From Marsupella aquatica (lineage: Eukaryota > Plantae > Marchantiophyta): a stretch of 64,000 bases of DNA. The DNA lies in contig OZ316895.1 in the NCBI GenBank assembly GCA_973895155.1, positions 10,342,184 to 10,406,183 of the forward strand, given 5' to 3'. The stretch's first letter is position 1. Every line of letters begins with the position of its first letter. Shown here piece after piece: positions 37,011-46,249 of this stretch. The position numbers were made by a program, and so were the translations under genes. Below the pieces are notes generated by a model. That model had not been told where the DNA came from. It searched no databases and saw only the letters and a list, made by a program, of their open reading frames with translations.

Positions 37011-37883
37011 TCACTCTGATTCAGAATCGCTAATGACCCATTCCTCACTTGTTGTCTCATAGTCCTCTCTGTAAGGATCCTGACCCTTCCGTGGCCAGGC
37101 CTCAAAAAGATCATAGTCCATTGGGTTTTGACACTTCCCAGCTGCTACTGATTCCACAAGCCAAGCATATGAAACCACAAACACATTATGGGACATGACA
37201 TAAAAGCGAATGTCTCCCTTCCCAAACTTGCGGCAGGCTTTGAGATATGACTTAGTAATGACATGAGTGGTGTCCTCTGTTATATTCTCCTCCACTGTCC
37301 CACCTAGGTCAAGCACCGTGGACTTGTACACTTTGCACTTAACCTCTCCAATTCCCGCCTCCACAAATACCATGCTCAGCCCTTTCAGAATGGGGGTTGG
37401 TTGCTTCGTCTCCTCAACCAACATACTCTTCAGCCTTCTAGAGCTTTGTCCTTTGTTGAGTACAGGTCCATATTGGACATCAGCAAGCCGTGCCTTTGCT
37501 TCCCAGACTTCTTGTTCAGCCCAAGCTGATGCAGTAGCTTCTTCATCCTCCCACAGCTCATATTGCTCAGTATCCTGTACAATCTGATGTGCTATGGAAT
37601 CTGTGATCCAAGAGGCCTCAACTACTTTTAGGCCTTGCTTAGTAATTGCAGAATTCATGTAGGACCATGACCACTTCTTTATCACTGATAGCCATGTCCC
37701 TGCAACAACATGTGTAGTCTCTGGAGTGATGTCCTGAACTACAGTGCCATGGAGCTCAGAGAATTGTTTCTGTAGAGTTGGCCAATGCACTTTGGTCAAC
37801 CCATGTTGGCCATGGACCAAAATGGCTCTGACCCCTGTAAACACTGCTGGGTGGTCACACTTTCTACGTTTCCCAGGCTCCAT
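37011..37883 (-). CDS. Intronless tandem-BRCT protein (about 290 aa), BRCT domains resembling DNA polymerase lambda/PolX; transposon cargo
   Basis: Domain 1: VFTGVRAILV...LHGTVVQDITPETTHVVA...VVEASWITDSI...YEL. Domain 2: ILKGLSMVFV...LGGTVEENITEDTTHVIT...VVSYAWLVESV...YDL. There is an N-terminal KRRK (NLS-like) and an acidic tail. First ATG is at 37883. Confidence 0.8.
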   Translation of the reverse strand: MEPGKRRKCDHPAVFTGVRAILVHGQHGLTKVHWPTLQKQFSELHGTVVQDITPETTHVVAGTWLSVIKKWSWSYMNSAITKQGLKVVEASWITDSIAHQIVQDTEQYELWEDEEATASAWAEQEVWEAKARLADVQYGPVLNKGQSSRRLKSMLVEETKQPTPILKGLSMVFVEAGIGEVKCKVYKSTVLDLGGTVEENITEDTTHVITKSYLKACRKFGKGDIRFYVMSHNVFVVSYAWLVESVAAGKCQNPMDYDLFEAWPRKGQDPYREDYETTSEEWVISDSESE

Positions 37884-38475
37884 GTACACACACCCTACGT
37901 GATGACAGTGAATTTTGGAAGAATGGGTTCACCTGACAATACAAGGACAACAAAATTCCTGCTTTTTGAGTTGATCTGGCCCACTGGTGCTCAGGTCCGA
38001 TTTTGATAAGTACAAGGGATATGTGAACAATACGTACTAGGCACCTGCATGGATGCAGGACATTGTTTGAATATATACTACAAAATCCATATCGAAGGTG
38101 AAATGAAGTGCAACCAACTTGTCATGGCACATACATATTTTGTTGTAAAGGAGGATACGTTCAATGACAAACTTATAGGGCAATTTGATTAATCGCATGC
38201 CTGATAATTTACACGCTTACAACTTAGAAGTCCTGTTTTAATTTAGCAGTCTGATGAAAGTGTTTATGAAAATGACCACTCAGCCTAAATACTTCCAAGA
38301 AGGCTTGTAAGGATAAGTTTTTATAGGCATGTACCCAGCCACTGACGCCAGAGCACAAGATAAGTGCTGCCTATATAAACTCGCCTACCCAACTCCTTTT
38401 CAAAATTGGAATCTCTGCAATCTCAAAAAATAGTACATCCACATCAGGTGCACTGTGCATGTACAATGTTCAGCT

Positions 38476-39156
38476 TCACAGCCAAGATATGTGATCTCTC
38501 ATAGGAGTGCGCGAGGTAGGATCAATGGCATGGCGATGACAATAAAATATCCATCGATCAAAACCATGTGCAGAGTGATCATAGATTTCTCTATCATAAG
38601 CATAACCCTCTGCTTGACGATCTTTCAGGCAATGATAGTGCCACATGGTGGGACACCTAGCACAGTGGACTACGTCAGTCCAGTACTCATGATCATGCTC
38701 GCCACATGCCTTGCACCTATGAAGTGGGCAAGCTGTGGCATGAGCAGGCAAACACTCAAAACAGAAAAATCTCACACAAAAACGGTCTGGACATTTCCTA
38801 ACATTTGTTGCAGCATCAACAGAGCCCTCATAGGACCCCAACTTCCCACACTGTGCACACTTAGCCTGCTTCTCCAAACAATCAGTGCACATCCAGTCTC
38901 CCTGGTGTGTTGACAGGAGGCCCACCCCTGGACAATTGTTTTCTGCAGCAAGGTCAGACTCCGGGTTGAGGTGGAAATGCCTCATGCAAGGGCCCTCACA
39001 AATGACCAGGCCCCCACCATCGTCACAAATGGCACAACAATGAGCTGCCTTCTGGAAAATCTGACTTGCAGAGAAGTTAGTAGCATCTGCCCCAAGTACA
39101 CCTGTGTTTCTCACCTCTATCACACGCTTTTTGGCTTGAATTTTAGGTCGTGCCAT
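38476..39156 (-). CDS. Intronless EDM2-like composite PHD-finger protein (226 aa); transposon cargo
   Basis: CAICDDGGGLVICEGPCMRHFH...WMCTDC...CAQCGKLGS...CPLHRCKAC...CARCPTMWHYHCL...IFYCHRHAIDPTSRTPMRDHISW follows the EDM2/NSD-type PHD array, including an EDM2-like YCxxHxID...TPxRDH tail. The N-terminus is basic (RPKIQAKKR). Confidence 0.82.
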   Translation of the reverse strand: MARPKIQAKKRVIEVRNTGVLGADATNFSASQIFQKAAHCCAICDDGGGLVICEGPCMRHFHLNPESDLAAENNCPGVGLLSTHQGDWMCTDCLEKQAKCAQCGKLGSYEGSVDAATNVRKCPDRFCVRFFCFECLPAHATACPLHRCKACGEHDHEYWTDVVHCARCPTMWHYHCLKDRQAEGYAYDREIYDHSAHGFDRWIFYCHRHAIDPTSRTPMRDHISWL

Positions 39157-39167
39157 GCCTGCGCATG

Positions 39168-39311
39168 AGATAGACTCTACAGTTTAGCAGACTGCATAGA
39201 AAGTAATATATATTTAGCATTTAAGGTACAAAGGCATTTAGATAGACTCTACAATTTAGCAGACTGCACAGAAAGTAAAATATATTTAGCATTTAAGGTA
39301 CAAAGGCATTT
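39168..39311. repeat. 72-bp tandem duplication just upstream of the PHD ORF
   Basis: agatagactctaca.tttagcagactgca.agaaagtaa.atatatttagcatttaaggtacaaaggcattt occurs twice. Confidence 0.9.
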
Positions 39312-39928
39312 GCTACTGCAATGAATTGGAATGGCCACACAAGGATGCAGAGCAGACATACTTTTGGTATGTTGAGCCCACACACAAACCTGATCCCCTA
39401 ATACAATTGCTCCACCAACACCTCAATTTTAATTGTGGCTATGATTCACCGAAGGAGATCTGCAACAACATTTCATGCATTTGAATCACATACAATAGTC
39501 GTGACATGTAAAATGCGCATTCTTCGAAGAGGATTGGTATGAAGCAGTGTCATAAGGGTTGAAATTTATACATCCTAAATAGGCTATGATAGTGGCTGAG
39601 ACAAATAAGTGATGCATAAATCACATTTTACAGGTTATCACATGGCCCATTAATTCATTGAACGTTGCAATGTTCACCAGGTTAAAGCAGCCATGAAAGC
39701 AGTCTTTCAATAGAGACTTTTATGCGAGTTTGATAGCCTCTTAAATTAGGATATTTTGCTTAGTGCAGGCATAATAGGATATAAGTTATGTACTGTTGAC
39801 CCTAAACCCTGGACCCAAAATTGCTCATACATCAAAATTTTAAGTAAATATCCTTTGTGTTGAAGTCAGAGTGTTAAGCTATAGGTCAATGGTATCTGGT
39901 CTGTGCATGCGGTGTGACAAGTGGTCCT

Positions 39929-40378
39929 CTAGAGCATGTGATCCAAACATGTGTAGACACCAAAGTCACCGGTGGTGGGGTCTGGGAGGGCAGGACAAGT
40001 GACATCACCAGGCACACTGCAGGATGGCGAGTGGTTCCAGATGATACATTGTGCTCTATGCAAAAATCGGCATCCAAGAGAACGGTCATCCAATTCTGGG
40101 CCAGAAGCCCTACAGGCAGGACAGTCATATTGGCAACTGTGTACACACCCTTGGCACCTAATTTGTGGCGGGTCATGTACAAGAGACACAAATACCAAGG
40201 ATGTCGGGAAGGGTACTGAAGCAGGTAGAGGCCGGCTATAGTTGTTCCTGGAAACAATAGGGTACTCAAAGTACCATGCAGACTGGGCTGGAAGGATCCC
40301 AAGTCTGACATACTCAAGGCGCAACATCTCTGCCTTGCGTGCAAGTCGCACATGTTCAGCGTTGCGGGTCCTCACCAT
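39929..40378 (-). CDS. Hypothetical Cys/His-rich (putative zinc-binding) protein, 149 aa; transposon cargo
   Basis: ATG-initiated ORF co-oriented with the other element genes. It has a basic N-terminus (MVRTR) and CQGC..SCQYDCPAC...GCRFLH...C...H..SC...TCP...TCLDH. Confidence 0.5.
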   Translation of the reverse strand: MVRTRNAEHVRLARKAEMLRLEYVRLGILPAQSAWYFEYPIVSRNNYSRPLPASVPFPTSLVFVSLVHDPPQIRCQGCVHSCQYDCPACRASGPELDDRSLGCRFLHRAQCIIWNHSPSCSVPGDVTCPALPDPTTGDFGVYTCLDHML

Positions 40379-41382
40379 AAGTGTTGCTTTCGTTGTGATG
40401 TCCTCTGTTCACGTCCTTTGATGAGCAAGGTGAGCAGGAGGTCGACTTGCCTCGCCAACAGCAACCACCTAAACTAATAAGTTCCCACTCATTGTCTTGG
40501 TTCCAACTACAGGTCATAGTATACACATAGCATGAAACGTGCATAGTACATATTTGATTCTGAGTTTATGAGTTTCCTAAGACAAAGAGCTTGGTGATAA
40601 ACCCATATTCTCGACGGACATGTATATCAATCGTATTAAAATCCTGTTTTTTCATCCAGAAAGACCGAAAGTCTCACCTTGCAGGTTGCAGCAGAGAGAA
40701 AATTCACTGGTTGTCGTGTTGTGCAAGTGAACCTCCACTGATGCCCCCGGTGTAGCCCCTCAGATGCAGGTGACACTTACCAACTCCCAAGTTGCCTAGT
40801 CTAACAGAAAATGCTTATATCTTCAGAACTTTATAGAGCAAGTACATGATCACATACTTCTGGATCTATTCATATTTGGAACTCTTGCCAACTACAACTC
40901 CCATTATGCACAAGCTCACATCAACAGAGAAAGATACAGAATGCATACTTACTAGGCTCTAAGCACCTTCACTACCTTGTTGAACCCAGTCCTGAAGTCT
41001 TTTCAGCGTGTTTGTTGTGCTGTCTCCTTTGGCACCCAACACCTTAGTCCTTGATGTAACAAAATGCGATTTTACAAGATGCTTTGGAACCTTCTATGGT
41101 CTTAGCTGAATTGATGTCATCGTAAGTGGTGAAAGACAAGGAAGACGAAAGCTGGTTGAAGAGCTGTAGACAACACACTAGCATGAAGTGCTTCAACCAA
41201 TCCACTGCCAAACGGAACTCTTACACAGTCACATTCTTTCAGTAAACAGAAACTCAGTCAAACTTCATAATCAAAGTACAGACTCTGAAGGACCAAAGGA
41301 GGATGTTGTGAGTTTATCTGTTGTTTAATGTGTTACCCTTCTAGTTTCGAAGTTAGCAAATGCTGAATAATGTGTCTACCAG

Positions 41383-41724
41383 ATCTTCAAAAAGAAGCCC
41401 ACCACAATTAAGAACTTCGGTATCTGGGTGAGGTATCAGAGTCGTACAGGTTATCCCAACATGTACAAGAAATATCGTGATACCACATTGAACATCGGTG
41501 TAGAGCAGATGTATGATGAGATGGCTTCTTGTCATAGAGTTTGGTTCCCTTGCATCCAGATCATCAAGACTACGACAGTCCCTGTCTCTCTGTGCAAGCG
41601 AGAAAGTACCAAGCAGTTCCATGATTCAAAGATCAAGTTCCCCTTGACGTACCGCAAGATTCAACCTCCATCGCGAAAGCTAAAGACGACTTACAAGGCC
41701 ACCAAGCCCAACACATTTGTTTGA
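41383..41724 (+). pseudogene. RPL18A: Captured last exon of 60S ribosomal protein L18a (eL20)
   Basis: After a CAG acceptor: [37 protein letters not shown]...[19 protein letters not shown]...[42 protein letters not shown]. No upstream exons are recognisable, and normally conserved residues are substituted. Confidence 0.9.
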
Positions 41725-43442
41725 GTAGTGCGGGTGCAGGTTCCCAATTTTGAAACAATTTGGCTCATTTTATGTCCCGAGGGACTCCAGGAGTTTATGT
41801 ATTGAGTTTCTAGGTTAGGATGCTTAATATAAGGAAATTCAATTTTCACTTCGTTCCCAGCTTCTACTAATTGAATATACATGAGATGGAAGCAAGAAGA
41901 TAAGCCACAATCTAGCATCTTAGCCAAACACATTCGTCCCGACAAAGCAAAACTACAATCACACAGTGCGAGTTGTGTCTGCACCGGCACCCCCAATGAG
42001 ACTGATCAGCATTTGGACTGCATCATTGTCTAGAGCTAGCAGTGGAAGGAATCAACATAGCTAGCAGTGGAAGGTGCAGTGGAGATAGCATGGGGACAGG
42101 GAAGGAAATGCAGGTTCCTTAAGCATAAATTTCCAAAAATGGAACAACAGCAAATGAAGAATAGGCACTGAAGCGGTCAACTAGACAAACGTTGTAACAA
42201 GGCAGCAAGCATTGGATTAAGAAGAAGCAAGGTTTCATCAGCAGAAGCAAGGTTTCATCAACAATGGCATTGTGAGACAAACCACTCCTTACAAATTTCT
42301 ACAGACATCCTCCCCACTTGCAGCTTCTCGGCCAGGCTGGATTTCTTGTAAGACAGGTTTCTTGTAAGAAAGATTTCTTGTTTGGTGAGGAAAGATCAAA
42401 AAGCAACTGATCAATGCCTTCTTGTCATCTAGAAGAGCTGGATGCAGCCTTGTCTCACATTTAATGTTAAACTGAATGAAAGACATTATGCGCATGCACA
42501 AAAGAAAGACATGAATATAATTAAGGTAGGTTTTAAGGAGCGGAGTCAGCAGTCAGACTTAGAAAGTTCAAATTGAAGCGCCATTAGTTTGGCGTGGTCA
42601 AGAGTAAATAAATGTTGGTCAGGGATACTCACCTCTTTTGAATGTATTACTGACTCAGCTAAGCCCAGCTAGACAAAAGTCACTCAGACCCACAAAAAAG
42701 TGAAGATCCATCTCCAAGCCGGAGCTCTATCACTTCAGTAGAGCAGCTTCTGGACGGAACCAACTCTAATCAGCCCCACAGAACACAAATGTTAAGGCTC
42801 CAAGTCAGAGCTCACTTCAGCCGAGGTGGACATCGCAGCTAGACCATTCAGTATAGGCAGTATGGAGCCTGAGACTACGCTCATTGTTGAGAATTGAGGT
42901 GATGAAAGTGAGTTGGCATCAGTGGATACAATGAGAGGGGAAAAAATTCTGACCAAATCGCACCTCTATAATCAGAGAGGTTCTATTTCCAGGGAACTCA
43001 TTCATTGACCAGAGTAATATGGCCCACATTTAATTAGACTATGATAGACTCTTCCTCTGCAGACTCAAACTCGAGGAACCCCCACGGATGCCAGCATATA
43101 CACGAGCTAGAAGCAAGAAGACAAGTCGCAATCTAGCATCTTGGCCAAACACATTCTTCCTGGCGATAGTAACTGCAAGCAAGGGGGAGACAGGGAGAAC
43201 AAGGAGAATAGGGAGGCAACTCACAATGGAGCTAGGTAGCTCATGATCAAGCAACTTGCAATTGCAGCAACAGTAGTCTTAGTAGCAAGCGATTGAGCTC
43301 CAGGAAATGACAAACCCACAGCTGAGTCCTCAACTGACAAAATGTTCGCCACTCGACCCTCCTTCCAACTGCAACCGCCAGATAGTAGGAATAAGATAGA
43401 GAGGTTGCAGCCTTCTCAGTGATCCAATAGCACCTCTCTTAC

Positions 43443-43925
43443 CACCTCCGCTCTTAGCACATCCGCTCGCACATCCGCTCGCACATCCGCTCGCACCTCC
43501 GCTCGCACCTCCGCTCGCACCTCCGCTCTCAGCACCTCCTTTGGCACCTGAGCCGCTCTCAGCACCTCCGCTTGCACCTCCGCTCTCAGCACCTCCTTTG
43601 GCACCTGAGCCGCTCTCAGCACCTCCGCTCGCACCTCCGCTCGCACCACCTCCTTTGGCACCTGAGCCGCTCTCAGCACCTCCGCTCGCACCTCCGCTCG
43701 CACCACCTCCTTTGGCACCTGAGCCGCTCTCAGCACCTCTGCTCGCACCTCCACTCTCAGCACCTCCTTTGGCACCTGAGCCGCTCTCAGCACCTCCGCT
43801 CGCACCTCCGCTCGCACCACCTCCTTTGGCACCTGAGCCGCTCTCAGCACCTCCGCTCGCACCTCCGCTCGCACCACCTCCTTTGGCACCTGAGCCGCTC
43901 TCAGCACCTCTGCTCGCACCGCCGC
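43443..43925. repeat. GC-rich minisatellite (12-bp GCACCTCCGCTC core in about 54-57-bp higher-order units) inside the CACTA element
   Basis: Repeated gcacctccgctc / cctcctttggcacctgagccgctctca units produce overlapping repetitive ORFs on both strands. Confidence 0.92.
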
Positions 43926-45839
43926 CCAAACTGAAGCTACGTAGCAATCCTCAGCAGTGTGTGACAGAAGCACTCCACTCCAGCTCCACTCCGCTCGAGC
44001 TCCACTCCAGCTGCTCTCCGCTCGTAGCTCCTCGGCCAGACCGGCGGCTAGAGCAGCTCCCAAATTGCAGCTCCTGCCCGCCCACAGCTCCTCCCAGTCC
44101 TAGAGCTCGTCGTCCATTGCAGCTCACCTCTCCACTCCGCAAGCCGGTCGCCCTCTCAGCTTGAATGCTCTAGAGCTTTGAAGGTAAACCTTCAAGCTCC
44201 AAGCGCAAAACTCCCCTACGCGAGGGAACTGCCCCGATCGCGAAGCACACTCCCCACTTTGTGAGACCGCGCACAATGTGACGACCTTCAGGCACGACAA
44301 ATGTCCCCGTAATGGACAAGTGAGTTTTTCTGAAACAAAAACCTTCGAGTTCCCACGCACATTGAACTGAACTTTGCACTCTGCTGGCGTGTTTAAACCC
44401 TAAACAAAACCCGCGCACCCTAAACTCGTGTCCAAAGGCACACTCACGCACAAAGCATACCTTAACACTTAGTGACACTTAGTGAACCAAACCCAATGAG
44501 CCTCGACCACTTTGCGTTGACATGAGCCGTTGATACACATGTTAGTACCCTAAAGCAAATTGGACACGACACTTTGTGAGCAAAGATTAAATGAACGCAA
44601 CTATAACCTCTTAGAACGCAACTGTAAATTAACCCTTACACATGCCACTTAGGGAGGGTGGACAAAGAATGGGGGCCAGACACTACTTTAGCCCTGAATT
44701 GAAAATGATATCACCCCAATATTCTTGTCAAAGTTGCCCATGAACTCTAAGGAATCCATTGAGCAGCATAAGACTTACTATTATAGAGGCAAGTACTCCC
44801 ATGCACGTTTAATTAGGCTAGCTAGGATAACTAGCTACAATGCTCTTGACATGAAGACATTTAACTAGTTCTGCAACCCTAAACCCCCATTCCTTCTATG
44901 TGCACCTAGTGCTCCCGACTCCGCAAGTTGCAAGTCAAGGGTTGTAAATGGAACATTCCGTGATGTCTAGAGTGCATGTAATCCTTCTTGCACTCTATTT
45001 CAGAATGCCGTAATGGAGAGTAGCTTATTCAACTTACATATGACTGCCCTACTAGTGTTACAATTGCTACTTTATCAGAAGTTGTAGGAATGACTTTCAC
45101 AAATATCCCCCAAAAATCAGTTGATAAAATGTAACAACAATGACTCCCCTAAACTTGGAGTCATGTATTTTTGAAAGTCTCCCTAAAGTCACAAAGCATA
45201 GGGTCTCAAAAGGGGATGTTTTCTTCTAGTGCCCCTTTTTTTTCCCTACTGGCCAAGTTCTTGCTACTCTCCCTCTCATCTTTGCATAGTGTTTTATCAT
45301 TTTTTGTCGTTTCTTTAATTTCCCATTGTGTCTTTTTCTCTACTTTTTCAATTGTTCTCTATTTACTCAATTTTTGTCCTTTTTTTAATGTATTCCCCCT
45401 TCCCCTTTTTTTCTCTCGGCCAATTTCCTATCTACCTTCCCCCTCATCTTAGCTACATAGTCCCATATTATTATAATAATTGTACCCTGGTACTCCCCAT
45501 GGGAGAACAAAAAAGGACAATCTAGTACCAGTCATAATTATTGTACTTTGTAGCACAATTGTTCTAGAATAGAAGGCTGAGGATGTCAGGTGTGGCACAT
45601 TAGGGTTCCACCGTCTTTTCAAGAGAGGAAGGTAGGCATGTGCCCTGCAGAGGTCTAAGCACCACTCTTTTTCACAATCAATGGTGATGCAAAACCCTCA
45701 AAAAAATCAATGGTCAGGGATGATTCTCGCCAAGACTGCATTTCATAAGGGGACGAAGGACAAAATCTAGCGGGATCCTGTATTATAGTTGTAGATATTA
45801 TGGTACTCAAGGGTTTGTCATAATAAACCACAAGTAAAA

Positions 45840-46035
45840 TAGTAAACAAAATTAGACTAATGTCCACACATTATCATCCATATGTCAAGCAATAACAAAG
45901 GCCCTCATACCAACAAGCACACATTGTTCAATGTTTATATAAACTCTGACTAGTAAACAAAATTGAGGAAGTGTCCACACATTATAAACCAAATGTCAAG
46001 TGATAACAAAGTCCACCATACCAACAAGCACATAA
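45840..46035. repeat. Degenerate tandem duplication, about 111-bp unit
   Basis: tagtaaacaaaatt...tgtccacacattat...atgtcaag..ataacaaag.cc..cataccaacaagcaca occurs twice. Confidence 0.75.
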
Positions 46036-46249
46036 TACTCTCCCCTTACAAATAGTGTCAATTATATTTTTATTTATTTTGTTATGTTTACACCCAAGTT
46101 GTAGTAACCAAACAAGGGTGCATTCCATAATGAGTCATGCTTTTGGGGTCAGGTTTTCGGGTCTTCAACAAAATAACTTCAATAACCAACAACAAATTGT
46201 TTTTACTCCTACTTTAGTTTAGGGTTTAGGCAACATCATTTTTTCAGGG

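Larger units (their letters stand above)
28031..45231 (-). mobile_element. Full-length CACTA (En/Spm) DNA transposon, 17,201 bp
   Basis: Left end CACTAGAAGAA (28031) and right end TTCTTCTAGTG (45221-45231), with CCC on both flanks (3-bp TSD). Subterminal GTGACT/AGTCAC repeats are present, and it contains TnpD-like and TnpA-like genes. Confidence 0.93.
27437..45795 (-). mobile_element. Non-autonomous Helitron (family copy 3, about 1.15 kb) split by the CACTA insertion into 27437-28030 and 45232-45795
   Basis: 3' end TGTGCAACGTACA...CTAG|T at 27437. 5' end A|TCTACAACTATAATACAGGATCCCGCTAGATTTTGTCCTTCGTCCC at 45795, which closely matches the 5' end of the copy at 25230. Confidence 0.8.

Noticed and set aside
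43330-44164. Pro-rich (extensin-like), His-rich and Gly-rich ORFs in the ORF track
   Set aside because: They are all readings of one minisatellite. No frame can be singled out as coding, and there is no signal peptide or unique domain.
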